DNA of 64,000 bases from positions 41,292,001 through 41,356,000 of the forward strand of contig OY740781.1 in NCBI GenBank assembly GCA_963514005.1. Reading direction: 5' to 3'. A model generated the notes under the pieces. It was given only the letters and a program-made list of their open reading frames with translations. It made no database searches and was not told the DNA's origin. This document shows positions 26,315-39,718 of the stretch, piece by piece (position 1 is the first letter of the stretch; each line of letters begins with the position of its first letter). The stretch comes from Raja brachyura. Its lineage: Eukaryota. Both the position numbers and the translations under genes were made by a program.

Positions 26315-27891
26315 CTTTGCAAAATAAAACAAGAAACAGTGTACACATGTGCCAGGACAGGCATCTTTCAAATAACCAACTTTGTAACAAACTTCTTTTA
26401 ATAGATCAAATGCAAAATAACCTCTTGCAATGATTTAATACTGTGATATCAGCATGCAATACAAAAGGCAATTAAGGCAGAGGTAGATAGATTCTTGATT
26501 AGTACAGGTGTCAGTGGTTCTGGGGAGAAGGCAGGGGAATGGGATTAGGAGGGAGAGATAGATCAGCCATCATTGAATGACGGAGTACATTTGATGGGCC
26601 GAATGGCTTAATTCTACTTCTGTCACTTATGACCTTAATATATTAGATTATGGAATCAGGGAGATTTCTATAACTGCTAAACATTAAGTAGGTGCTAAAT
26701 ATTTGTAATACTATCAAAACAAATTACAATAAAAGTACTAATTTCTCAGCAGTAGAAACCTTCAGACTGCAGAATGGTCCCAACCTAAAACATCACCACT
26801 CTAGAGATGCTGCCCGACCCAATGAGTTACTCCAGTATTTTGTGTCTATCTTTGGTGTGAACCAGCATCCTCAAATCCTTTTTATTACCTATACAATACA
26901 TGCAGCATTTCAATCATTTCTGATGTTTGTTGCGCAACGATCTCTCTCTCTCTCCACTACACAACCTTATCCAAACTGTTAGCAGTAGAAAATTAAAAGT
27001 CTTATTTTGTCAGATGGAAAGATTTCTATATTATGCATGAAATCAGAAACAATTTGATGCATACAAGACGTGCGATCTATAGTATTTTTCAGAAGCAGGT
27101 TTTATTATATGCCAAATTTCACCAATTGTTATCGAGAATTTTTTAAATTTTGTTGCAAAGATTCAAAGATTAATTCTCTGGTGTCTCTTAGACAAGGACA
27201 TTTGTAAACCTACTCTGTCAAGCTGGTAAACAATGTCACTTATACCAGGATGGCTTAAAGAAGTCTCTGCCTAACTATAATCAACACATCACCTTCAACA
27301 TAATAAGTCCTATCACACTCCACCACTGCCCAACCACCGTCGGATAAGCCTCACCCCTACTGCCTCATCCCTCGCACACATTTCAGAAAATTGGACCTGC
27401 TGTCTGTACTTCTTCCTACGCACAGGCAGAGACTGAACTGTGCAGCATCAGCGAAGAGGACTACAAAGAGTTGGTGAGGAGAGGCAGAGGTGAAGTAATG
27501 GGGCTGTTTCTATTCGATGTTCAAGGATTTATTAGTGGACTTGAACATACTGTAGTTACAGCAGAGATAGAAAGATTCTTGATTAGTACAGGTGTCAGAG
27601 GTTATGGGGAGAAGGCTGGATAATGGGGTGGGAGAGATAGATCAGCCATGATTGAATGGCGGAGTATTGATGGGCCGAATGGCCTAATTCTACTATTCCT
27701 TGTGACCTTATGAATTAAATAGATCTGTGTTAATTAATTGTAGACGGGTAGAATTAGTTGTCAAAGACCAATCTTTCCAACATTCCACAACGAGAACCTC
27801 AATATGTTAAAACTGTTCAGTATTTATGTTCAAATTGAAGATGTTTGTCATTACCAGTTTAACGATTTGTGTGTTTGTCACTGCAAATCTA

Positions 27892-28128
<237 letters not shown>

Positions 28129-28679
28129 TTATACCCATCTCCTCTGAAATGCTGACAATACAAAACATAATGGTTGTCAACAAAATAAATTGATCCAAAT
28201 AGTTTTATTCTCATCATTTTGTTGTCAATTTCTAAATGATTAATTCACTTCTTGCTCTCCACATTCTTCATTTCCGTTTCACCCCAAGTGTTCTAACTTT
28301 ACTTATTTCTCATGCTACGCATGAGGTCTTAAGGCACTTGGAAACAATAATCTATTGTTTGAATCATAATTGTATTATCTGAACTTTTCAACCTCAAAAC
28401 CAAAACTCGACTTTTTTTAAACTTTAATTTCCAAAATTAATTTTAGCATGAGCTTAACAAACTTTGTTAGAGCTTTAATGGTGTACGTATTCCTCCGATC
28501 TTCATTTCAGGAGCATAATTTAAAGCAGTAGTGTGATAGGAGGTTTTCATTGGAACAAGGACAATTTGACAATGTATTCTGTGGCCTTAGAGATTTTGAC
28601 CAAGAATTAAATTTCTGATGCATTTGTTAACTAAAATCTGGTTCTAATTGAGATGCGTTAATTGAAAAGAAAATCAGCA

Positions 28680-29908
28680 GATGTGTCCAGTAATGTATTT
28701 TAAATTTTGTTGTAGCTCATTCCATATACCCACCACCCTCTGTATGAAAACATTGTCCCTCAGGTTCCTATTACATTTTTCCACTCTTAACTTAAAACTA
28801 TAACCTCTAGTTTTTGGTTTTCCTACCCTGGAAAAAAGACTATGTGCATTCATCTTATCTATTCCCCTCATGATTTTACACACATCAATAAGATCACTCC
28901 ACTTCCACCTGCACTCCAAGGAAAAAGTCCTAGCGTGCTGAAGCTCTTCCCTTAGCTACGGCCCACGAGATCTGGCACCATCCTCGTAAATCTTTTCTGC
29001 AGCTGCTGGAGGTGACAATGTAAAGCAGCTGTTCTTAAACTATGGCATGTGCCACCAGGCAAATAAAGCTTCTGCAAGGTTTTTCTCCTGGGTAAAGAGG
29101 CCAAAGGTGTCTTGTGGCATGGCACTGGGTGACAAGTGACAATCAGGGACAGGCATCATTCCAGAAGGGAGCAAGTGTCAAAAGGAACAAAATGTTGAAT
29201 GTTCCTGGCAGAATAGTGAAGCAGCCCAGATTCTCCCAAAAGGCACTGAAGCTGTTCTGCTTTAAAAAAAGAGACCCAAGGCATCACATACACTCCTTGT
29301 CCTTAAATGTCCTTGAAACAAATGGCTTACTGGCATTGACTGAGTTTTATCATATTGACAATAGACAATAGGGAAGTCTTGGGAAGTCTCAAGTCCAGGA
29401 GAGGGTTTAGAGTAAGTTTCCAAGAATGATCACAGGAATTAGTAGGTTAACATATGGTGAGCGTTTGTTGGCACTGGGCCTGTACTCGCTGGAGTTCAGA
29501 AGAATGAGGGGGGGACCTCATTGAAACATACAGAATAGTGAAAGGCTTGGATAGAGTAGATGTGGAGAGGTTGTTTCCACTAGTGGGAGAGTCATAGTTG
29601 CTTTGATTTCTAGTCCTAAATCAAAGCCTCAGAATTAAAGGATATTCTTTTAGGAAGGAGACAAGATGGAATTTCTTTAGTCAGAGGGTGCTGAATCTGT
29701 GGAATTCATAGCCACAGAAGGCCGTGGAGGTCAGGTCAGTGGATATATTTAAGGCAAAGATAGTTTCTTGATTAGTATAGGTGTCAGAGGTTATGGGGAG
29801 AAGGCAGGAGAATGGGGTTATGAGGGAGATATAGATCAGCCATGATTGAATGGCAGAGCAGACTTGATTGTCTGCATGGCCTAATTCTGCTCCTATCACT
29901 TATGAACT
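28680..29908. mobile_element. CR1 fragments (minus 28680-29000, plus 29400-29908)
   Basis: ORF2 C-terminal remnants and 3' tail. Confidence 0.75.
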
Positions 29909-29921
29909 TGGAAGTCATTTA

Positions 29922-30597
29922 CAGGCAGCTCTGCTAATAATGTGATAGTTGCGTTCCTAAGAAAAGTCATGTTACAGAAAAGCATGTTGTAAAGACTATT
30001 GTGTTAATGGGGGATAGGGCAAGGGGCTAGTGAGTTTCAGACTCATAATAACATTTTTGTCTAATGAGGATTTTCAAAAATAAAATGGTCTTTTCAATAG
30101 CAGTAAATTTATTATTGTTATTTCAAGCTATTAAATACTAAATGCTGTATGATACAATGTTTTAGTTGCACAAGTATCAATGGAAGTGATTTCTTGTCAA
30201 TTTCTATAGCCTCTCAGTTATAGGTGCAACAGTGTTCTTAAGGGGCAATGATGTCCAATTACTGAAGGGGGGGGGGGGGGGAAAGAGTTAATTTTTTGCT
30301 CTTTTACTGTTGAAATCAAATTCAGCTAAAAGTAACTAACTGTGTCAGAAGGAACTGTAGATACTGCTTTACACAAAAGATAGATACAAAGTGCTGGAGT
30401 AACCCAGCAGGTCAGACAGCACCTCTGACGAAAAGGAATAGGTGACATTTTGGGTCTAGACCCTTCTTCAGACCAAGGACGTTCCCAATTGAAATTACAT
30501 TATAACCAGTTCAGCCCATTTAATGTAAATAATATTTCCTAATTCATCACTTATTCAATTTGCGTTATGAAAACTCACGTTATGGTAGAACTACCTG
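29922..30597. mobile_element. Old Tigger/pogo-like MITE with an inserted pLTR fragment
   Basis: TA|CAGGCAGCTCTGCTAATAATGTGA ... TCACGTTATGGTAGAACTACCTG|TA imperfect TIRs. Confidence 0.6.
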
Positions 30598-30632
30598 TAT
30601 AGGAAGAGCAGGTAAGAAAGACTGAAGGGCAT

Positions 30633-31888
30633 AAGGGGTGGGCCATTTAGAACTGAGATGAGGAAAAACTTTTTCACATGTAAAGTTGTGAATTTGTGGA
30701 ATTATCTGCTTCAGAAGGCAGTGGAGGCCGAATCATTGGATGCATTTAAAAGAGAGTTAGATAGAGCTGTTAGGGCTAGCAGAATCAAGGGATATGGGGA
30801 GAAGGCAGGAACGGGGTCCTGATTGTGGATGATCAGCCATGATCACATTGAATGGCAGTGCTGGCTCGAAGGGCCGAATGGCCTACTCCTGCACCAATTA
30901 GTGGGCAAATTTAGAGCACATGGAATTGGGGATAGAGTGCTGACTGACATGGATAGAAAATTGGTTGGCAGACAGGAAACAAAAGGTAGGAATTAACGGG
31001 TCCCTTTCGGAATGGCAGGCAGTGACTACATGGGTACCTCAAGGCTCGGTGCTGGGATGCTTGTCTTTACAGACGAAAGACAGAGTGAAGTTATCCACTT
31101 TGATGGCAAAAACAGGAAGGCAGATTATTATCTAAATGGTGTCAAGTTGGTAAAAGGGTAAGTACAGCAATATCTGGGGGGGCCTTGTTCATCAGTCACT
31201 GAAAGTAAGCATGCAGTTACAGCAGGCAGTGAAAAAAGTGAATGGCATGTTGACTTACATAACAAAAGGAGTTGAGAATAGGAGAAAAGAGGTCCTCCTG
31301 CAGTTGTACAGGGCCCTAGTGAGACCACACCTGGAGTATTGTGTGCAGTTTTGGTCTACAAACTTCAGGAAGGACATTCTTGCTATTGAGGGAGTGCAGC
31401 GTAGGTTTACAAGGTTAATTCCCAGGATGGAGGTACTGTCATACGCTGATCGATTGGAACGGCTGGGCTTGTATACTCTGGAATTTAGGATGAGATGGGA
31501 TCTTATTGAAACATATAAGATTATTAAGGGTTTGGACACGCTAGAGGCAGGAAACATGTTCCCAATGTTGGGGGAGTCCAGAACCTGGGCTCTAATTTCA
31601 GAATAAGTGTTAAGCCAGTTAGAATGGAGATGAGGGAACACTTTTTCACACAGAGAGTTGTGAGTGTGCGGAATTTTCTGCCTCAGCGGGCGGTGGAGGC
31701 TGGTTCTCTGGATGCTTTCAAGAGAGTTAGATAGAGCTCTTATGGATAGTGGAGTTAAGGGATATGGAGAAAAGGCAGCAACGGGGTACTGATTGGGGAT
31801 GATAAGCCATGATCACATTGAATGGCGCTGCTGGCTTGAAGGGCCGAATGGCCTGCTCCTGCACCTATTGTCTATGTATCTATGTATA
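30633..31888 (+). mobile_element. CR1-type LINE fragments in tandem
   Basis: 3' fragment followed by an RT/C-terminal remnant (LYRALVRPHLEYCVQFWS) and tail. Confidence 0.88.
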
Positions 31889-34107
31889 AGAGAAACAGAT
31901 GAGTTTTTAAATACAGTAGAAACAAAGAACTGCAGTTGGTCGTTTACACAAATTGCTGGAGTAACTCAGGGGCTTAGGCAGCATCTCTGGAGAACATGGA
32001 GAGGTAATGTTTTGGGTCAGGACCCTGTGACTAAATATAATTCTTTTTTTTAAATTCCAGATGAAAGACAGAAGCAAGGATTTGAGAAAGCTGGGGTAAA
32101 AGGGAAGGGGAAGAATAGTGGCACTGGGGAATGGCGGAAGACTATTAAGGGAGAAGGAATGAAAAATGGAGGAAGATTAGGGAAGAGGACAGATGATAGC
32201 GATGGTGAAGCAGTATGGACAAGAACATGCAAGTAGGCTCTGAAGTCTCTGCATGTAGGAACACCCACACTAACACCCTGTAGCAGAACTTTGTAGCCTT
32301 AAAGGCCCAGCTCCCATCTTCTCCATATTTATTATGTTCCGTTAGTCATAGTTCCACACTATGGAAACAGGCCGTTCAGCCGAATAATCCCACGCAAACA
32401 AGCTGCCCCATCTACACAAGTCCCACCTGCCCACGTTTGTCCCATATCTCGCTAAACTTTCCCTGTCCATGTACCTGTCCAAATGTATTTTAAATGCTGT
32501 TATAGTATCTGCCTCAACCAGCTCTTTGACAGCTTATTCCATATATGTTATTAAATATACATATATTATTCCACATGTGTGAAAAGGTTGCCCAACAGAT
32601 TTCTAATAAATGTTTCCCCAGTTATTTCCATTTTGGTATAACAGATCACCAGAAGGAGAAAAACATATAATCCCAGCCAAACATGAAATAGGTGTAGAGA
32701 GGAGAATGCCATTGTATTTTGGTGGTGGGTGGGGATGGAACATTATTGGCATTCCTGAACCAAATTGAGTAACATGATTGCATACAACAGTCTTGCAAAA
32801 TATTCCCGCAGAGGGATCCATTGCAACAATTTACATATACATAGTAAAATTCTTGCCATTACAATCATGATGACCAACTTTATGCATGGCATAGTTTTCC
32901 TTTTTAAAAGAAAATGTTAATACAAACTGACTTTTTTTTTTAAGCTAGCAACCAACAAAATGCAAAAATCAATTTAGAGTTGACTACTTTTGAATTTTAA
33001 CCAGTTTGCCTTCTTGTTAAGTGAATGAAAAGATGAGTTACATGCATTGGGTAAAGTGAACACAAATTCTGTAAATTGTTTCAATCGATTCAAGTATTAG
33101 GTACTTCAAATACTATCCACCACTTAGATTAGAGATACAATAAAACAAGTGCAATTCTGCACAAACCCTGGTTGCATACCAACTACCACATAAATCTTGA
33201 TGTTTAAATAAAAAGTATTGGATTGATAGAAAACTATATTAATCTCTTCTGAAGTGGAAACATTTCCTGCCTGTACTTCTGAAAATAATGTATCCTTTAT
33301 ACTTGCATAAAATATTATTTTGCCGACTTGCTATTTTGTGACATTAAACATTTGTATCAAAAAAGTGTTTTGCCCAGTTTTTGCAAGGCAACGTGGAAAT
33401 GTAAGTGCGCTTGTGAAAAGGACAAAAGGAACAGGACACTGATACTCAAATAAGGTCATCCCAAATTCGGTGCCTCATATTCCACAGTGCGGCATTTCTT
33501 TGTCCGCCTCAGCACTGAAATGCAATGGGAAACGTGAAGGTCCTGCATGGTCTTGGTAGATGCGAAAAGTTAAATCATATACTCTTCAGTCAAAGTATTC
33601 CGAGCTTTGATGCTATAGAATTAATTAGTGTTGAATGCACTTTGCTCATGTCCAATGCCAAAACGTAGAGTCCCTTTACCTTAAATTTTAACAACCATTA
33701 CACATTTATCTTCCTCAAATCTTCCTTCTTTGCCATTCTTATTCCTGCTTAGCACGAATTCCACCCCTTTTAATGTACACTTCCTTCCCACCCCTTGCAT
33801 TGTCGCATAATGTTGAAGTCTCATCAAACCACATTATTCATTTCGATCCTAAATTCCCCCTCGCTTCAACGTTAAATTTGCACTTGGAGCAACTTGCCAC
33901 GCAAAACGAACGCGTTGAAAAAGGACGGCGTGAACGGTGGTCAATGGAAGATTATGGCCCAATCAACAGAAACAAACTCACACAAGAATGGAAGTGGGTT
34001 GAAAACATCATCAAACACAAGACAAGCAAACGTCACATGTTTCATCATTAATCAGATCGACTTCCACATCTATAGCAAAAAAATAGCGATTATTTGTGTA
34101 AAATTAC

Positions 34108-34177
34108 CACTGGGATTGAAAGTCGCTTTTGCAGTGACCCGCGGGTCCATGCTAGAGTTGCATTCACTCCCTTCCAT
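34108..34177 (-). CDS. GALT: GALT coding exon 1 (MEGSECNSSMDPRVTAKATFNPS, phase-1 donor)
   Basis: Ends ...TTC AAT CCC AGT G|GTAATT; the phase-1 G joins exon 2 AA to give ATFNPS-E-HQHIRY, matching human ATFRANDHQHIRY. Two in-frame ATGs (34177, 34150); which one is used is uncertain. Confidence 0.8.
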
Positions 34178-34179
34178 TA

Positions 34180-34475
34180 GTTGTCTCCCACTGCTCTCCA
34201 GGGTCAGTTCCCCTGCAAGGTTAAAGACAATGCGCAGCTGGGGGGGCGTGGACAGCTTGACCCCTGTACTTAAAAATAACTTGCCCCTAAAATGCAAATA
34301 ACGCCAATGGTCAGGTTTTTAAAAACAACGCATCAAACTAATCTCCGGTGTGCGCCGTTTCGCCTCTTTAAATTCACTTTGCAAAAAATTTACAGGCCAA
34401 CCATAACTTAACCCGAGAACACGAGTAAATGTTCCTGACTTTGCTGTCATTTCATCCAGTTTTCACTTTCCGAGA
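34180..34475 (-). promoter_or_regulatory. Probable GALT 5' UTR/proximal promoter
   Basis: Directly upstream of exon 1, locally CpG-enriched; GGGGCGTGG (Sp/KLF) 34243-34251, octamer ATGCAAAT 34292-34299, CCAAT 34304-34308, TTTCACTTTC (IRF-like) 34461-34470. Confidence 0.55.
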
Positions 34476-35029
34476 TCATTGTGATATAGTAGTCAGGTAC
34501 AACAATAAACTAATATAATGCTGCCCTTAATAATTAGGGAAAGCATAACACGAAAGGAGAACGTTTTGTACCACCAAAATATACTTTATTTAGAATATAT
34601 ATTGCAAGATGTCTTTATATACAAAATATCCAGTTCAGTTTAGTTTAGTTTATTGTCACGTGTACCAAGGTACAGCGACCAGCCAGCGGAAAGGCAATAC
34701 ATGATTACAATCAAACCATTCATAGTGTACAGATACATGATAAAGGAATAACATTTAGCGCAAGGTAAAGCCAGTAAAGTCCGATCAAAGATAGTCTGAG
34801 GGTCTCCAATGACGTACATAGTAGTTCAGGACTGCTCTCCATTTGCGGCAGGATGTTTCAGTTGCCTGATAACAGCTGGGTAGAAACTTTCCCTGAATCT
34901 GGAAATGTGCGTTTTCACACCTATACCGTTTGTCTGATGGGAGAGGAAAGAAGTGGGAGTGGCCAGGTTGCAACTGTGGTCTATTCAAAATATCCTTTAC
35001 AATGTGTAAACATCACTCATGTTTCCTCA

Positions 35030-35500
35030 AAAGTCGAATCAATGATGTATTTCTTGGCAACAGGACCTCGGAGTGTGGTTCTTCCCCACTGAGCTTCTGC
35101 AAGGTCTGCACTAAGCTTCAATATGTTTCTCAGTGTGTATTCCTGCACCTTGGTATTTGCCATTTCCTTGAACTTGAAGACCAAGTTTCAGAAAGACCAA
35201 AGTGTGCCTTCCATTTAGTTCCACATCTTCTATCATCAGAGGATATCTGTGGTTCCATACTTTCTTGGCACACACAGTCTATAAAGAGGTGGACAACCAA
35301 CACATTCATGCCACAGCCATTTATATGGCAACATGTGTTACCATTGAGACAATGGTGTGCCTGAAAGCTCTGATAGGAAAGGCACATGTCCACCACCCAG
35401 ATCCACCATGACAATGGGGCCTTGGTGCTTGATTGTGAGCTCTGGTCATGGCATTCTGCCCCAACCAGCCTCTCAGCTATCCTTGAGCCACTGTAATTTG
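35030..35500 (-). mobile_element. L1/Tx1-like ORF2 C-terminal (zf-RVT) remnant
   Basis: GCG...VHLFIDC motif and LWSF*NLVFKFKE remnant on the minus strand. Confidence 0.45.
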
Positions 35501-36184
35501 CTTACAGTTGTAACAGGTCCATAGCAGAGGCCATCTCCCTGGCCCTAAACTCATCTCTGGAACACCTCGCAAACAAGGGCTCCTATGTTAGACTCATATT
35601 TTTTTACTATAGCACTGCTGTCAGCAACATAATCCCATCCAAACACATCTCCAATCTACTGGACCATGGAATCAGCTCCCCACCCTCCCCAACCCTCCTC
35701 TGCATTCTCAATCCACTACTATACTCAAGATGGACACAGAAAATTGGCGTTAACACTTGACTGCCTTCATTTTGTAGCCAATTATAATATGGAAGTTTTG
35801 TCACAATCTGTGGTATCAATGCTGTTGCTTCCCAGTCGATCCAGAATTCCCTTCTGGCATCCTTAATAGCTCTGTGAAGTTTATAGAGAGATTTCTCGTA
35901 CCTCTAGTGGTCAAGTCAAGTCTAGAGTGAAGACTTTGACTAAATGTTACCTTGGAGCAGACCTCGCAGTTTATCCACGGTTTCCATTTGGTGAACACAC
36001 GTATCGTCTCCTCATGGACTCCCTCTGCTGGCCTTCTACCCTCTCTGGACCTTTTTATTTCTAACTGCTTGACTTCTCCTCTCCCCTTACCCACTCCATC
36101 TTTGAATGCACAGCCTTCTGCTCACTCAGCAATAATCCCTACAATGTTATTAAACTTACCAACAAGGGAAGTGCTGTTGTAGTC

Positions 36185-37745
36185 CAGTAGGCTGACCCCT
36201 CTACTGTGCTGAGGCCAGGCGAAACGTCACCCATTCCTTCTCTCCAGAGATGCTGCCTGTCCCACTGAGTTACTCTAGCTTTTTGTGTCTATCTTTGGTT
36301 TAAACCAGCATCTGCAGTTCCTTTATACACACCTCCTCATACCTACTCCTTGACCATGACCCCACACATGATCATCAGGCCATTATCTCCCAAACTGTTT
36401 CTGATCTCATCACCACTGGCGATCTCACCTCCACAGCCTCCAACCTTATTGTTCCCCAGCCCCACACTGCCTGCTTCTATCTCCTACCCAAAATCCACAA
36501 ACGGGACTGCCCTGACAGATCCATTGTTTATGTCTGCTCTTACCATCTACTCATCCACAAATACCTTAATTCCATCTTATCACCCCTTGTCCAGTCCAGA
36601 ACTACATCCGAGACACCTCACACATCCTTCAACAACTTTCAATTCCTGGGTCCCCAACCTCATCGTTACCATTAACCTCCGGTCCCATTAAACCTCCATC
36701 CCACACCAGGAAGGACTCAAGGCCCTCTGGTTCCTCTTTCAATTTCCCACTATTAACACTCTCCTCCACCTAGCGGAACTTGTACCTCGCCTTCAACAAC
36801 TTCTCTTATGACTCCTCACTTTCATCAAGTTAAAGATGTAGCCATAGGCAGACGCATGGGCCCAACCTATGCCTTCCTTTTGCCAGTTATGTCGAACACT
36901 CCTTGTTCAAAACATATACTAGCACCATTCGCCAACTCTTGCTCTGCTCGATCGATAACTGCATTGTGGCTGCCTCCTGCACTCGTGTAGAACTCGTTGA
37001 TTTCATTCATTTTACCACTAACTTTCACACTACCCTCAAATTAATTTAGACTATCTCTGACAACTCTCTCCTCTTTCTTGATCTCTCTGTCTCCATCACA
37101 GGCGGCTGACTATTGACTGATGTCTAGTCAAACCTACCGACTCCCACAGTTATCTGGACCACACTTCCTCCCACTGTGTCTCTTGAAAAGATGCTATCCC
37201 CTATTCTCAATTTCACCATCTCCACCTGCTCCCAAGGTGAGGTTTTCCATTCTAGGACATCTTTACTTTCTTTAGTAAATGTGGTTCCCCTCTGGTGTCA
37301 TGGATGGATTCCTCACCTGCATTTCCTCTGTGTCCCATAGTTCTGCTCTCGTGACCCCTCCCCCCAGACAGAACAAGGAGTTCGCTTGGTCCTAACCTTT
37401 CACCTCACCAGCCGCCGCTTCCAACACGTCATCCTCCAACATTTCCGTCAACTCCAACATGATACCACCACCCAGTCTCATCTTCCCATCCCAACCCCCT
37501 TCCCACTCATCCCCTCACATAAACCACCCCTTCCTCAGGTACTTTCCTGTGCCCACAGGAAATGTAACACCTATCTCTATACCTCCTCTCTCACCTACAT
37601 TCAGGGGCCCCATCAGTCCTTCATCGGATCTCCCGGTTGTTAACCATTTTAAATCCTCTTCCCATTCCCATACTGACCTTTCCATCCTGGGCCTCCTCCA
37701 TGCCAGAGTGAGGCTATACGCAAACTGGAGGAACATCGCCTCATA
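36185..37745 (+). mobile_element. Decayed Penelope-like element (RT and GIY-YIG-region remnants) with an inserted pLTR piece
   Basis: Remnants FYLLPKIHK, QVKDVAIGRRMGPTYA, FLDLSVSI, KPTDSHSYLD, LVLTFH, PVVNHF across frames; pLTR fragment 36220-36325. Confidence 0.85.
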
Positions 37746-37749
37746 GATT

Positions 37750-38315
37750 ATGGGCCAGTCCACTGACTCAAAGCAGCCATGAAGGTTCTCACCTGTTTCC
37801 TTAGACCAGCACTGACTGACTTTCTGTACCAGATTCTCCCACTTTAGTTTCTGCTTGTAAGCAGGAAGTAGAATCACAACCAGGTGGTCAGGTTTACCAA
37901 AGTGTGTTCAAGGGATGGAGCAGCACGTGTCTTTGATTGTTCTATAGTAGTGGTCGAGGATGTCTGGGCCTCTGATTAGGAAGAAGGCATGCTGATAGCA
38001 TTTTGGTAGCTCGCTCTTCAGATTGGCCTCATTGAAGCCTCTGAATATATTATGAACAAGGCCTTAGGGTATTTTGTTTCAAGGCTATTGTTGATAGTGT
38101 GCAATTCCTCAAGCACAAGCTAGCATCAGCCTGGGGTGGGATGTAGAATGCTGTCAGATAGCCGAAGTTAATTAGTGCAGCAGGTAGTAAAGTAATTACA
38201 TAATTTCACCTTCAGTTATTAGAAGTCCAGAGAGCAGGAGCCAGCCCGGATCATCATGCCCGAACACCATATAGCGTTAATTAGAAAGCAGACCCGGCCG
38301 CCCTTGACAGTCACT
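37750..38315 (-). mobile_element. LINE endonuclease-region remnant (Rex1/Babar- or L2-like)
   Basis: YIPPQAD, GKPDH, LLPAYKQKLK...CFESVDW motifs. Confidence 0.65.
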
Positions 38316-38673
38316 AAGGGACAGTCATGAGGGACTTTGTCAAATGCCTTAGTAAAGTCCTTGAGAACAACATCCACTGACCTTTGTCACCTCCTCAAAT
38401 AACTCCAAGTTTGTAAGGTATAACCTGCCCCACCTAAATCTATGCTTTATGTGCCTAATTTACCCATTCTCCTCCATATGAGAGTATATCCTATCCCCCA
38501 GAATCCTTTCTAATAGGTTTCCTGCCATTGATGTGAGGCTCACCGGCCTATCATTTCCCTTCTTCTAAAGCAACAACATTGGCTACTCACCCTCTTGCTC
38601 TGCCAGGATCTTGCCTATGGCTGGAGAGGATACAAAGATTTTAGTCAAGGCCCTAGCAACCTCCTTTAGCGAT

Positions 38674-38992
38674 AGTTTAGATTAGAGATAAAGCACAGAA
38701 GTAGATGGTCTAAGGAAACAGATGAGAACCTTCAGCCCAGCGAGTCTGCACCAACCAGCGATCCCTGCACATTAACACCATCCTACACACACGGGGGACC
38801 GTTTACATTTATATCAAGCCAATTAACCTATAAACCTCTACATCTTTGCAGTGTGGGAGGAAACTGAGGATCTTAGAGAAAACCCATGCAGGTCACGGGG
38901 ACAATGTACAAACTACAGCACCCGTAGCCTGGATCAAACCCGGGTCTCTGGCGAGGTAAGGTAGCAACTCTACCGCTGCGCCACTGTACCAC
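38674..38992 (-). mobile_element. tRNA-head SINE (HE1-like)
   Basis: Reverse-complement head, core and tail. Confidence 0.8.
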
Positions 38993-39426
38993 CTCCTCTC
39001 TTGCCTCGCTCAATAACCAGGGATAGATCCCTGGGGACATCCACCTTAATGCTATTCAAGAGGCTCAGCACCTTTATCTTGATCACAAATTTCCCATGCA
39101 TATCACTGATCTCACTATCCTCCACATCCTTCTCCTTGGCGCACTCCTCGAAGGAGCTCATATTTTCTTTCTTGTACTAAAAATGCTACTCTACCTCCTT
39201 TCCCATTTTGCCAGTCTTTCCTGTATGTTGAGTACCCATGGATGTTCAGTTCCCTGGTCACCCAGCAACCATGTAACCATTACAGTAGTCATATTAATCT
39301 ATTTCCATTTACTTGTGCAGTTAATATCTGTGAACAAATTGGACATTGATATATATTGTCTTCATTATCTTTGTCATTTTTAATTAATTTTGTACTACGA
39401 CCCTGTTGTTCTTCACCACTGACCTC

Positions 39427-39718
39427 TGGGGGAGTCCAGAACCAGAGGCCACAGTTTAAGAATAAGGGGTAAGAACGGAGATGAGGAAACACTTTTTCAC
39501 ACAGAGAGTTGTGAGTCTGTGGAATTCTCTGCCTCAGGTGGTGGAGACCTGTTATCTGGATACTTTCAAGAGAGAGCTAGATAGGGCTCTTAAAGATAGC
39601 GGAGTCAGGGGATATGTGGAGAAGGCAAGAATGGGGTATTGATTGTGGATGATCAGCCATGATCAGTGCAGGCTCGAAGGGCCGAATGGCCTACTCCAGC
39701 ACCTATTGTCTATTGTCT
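39427..39718 (+). mobile_element. CR1 3' fragment
   Basis: GESRTRGHSLRIRG plus the family tail. Confidence 0.85.

Noticed and set aside
28135-28138. ATGG micro-exon just upstream of GALT exon 2
   Set aside because: It would need a 61-nt intron and a weak donor.
33980-34052. C/D snoRNA (ATGATGA on minus) in GALT intron 1
   Set aside because: No D box or terminal stem at a suitable distance.
38210-38270. Minus-strand ATG...GAA G|GTGAAA phase-1 mini-exon as GALT exon 1
   Set aside because: It lies in a LINE endonuclease remnant and has no GALT similarity; 34108-34177 fits far better.
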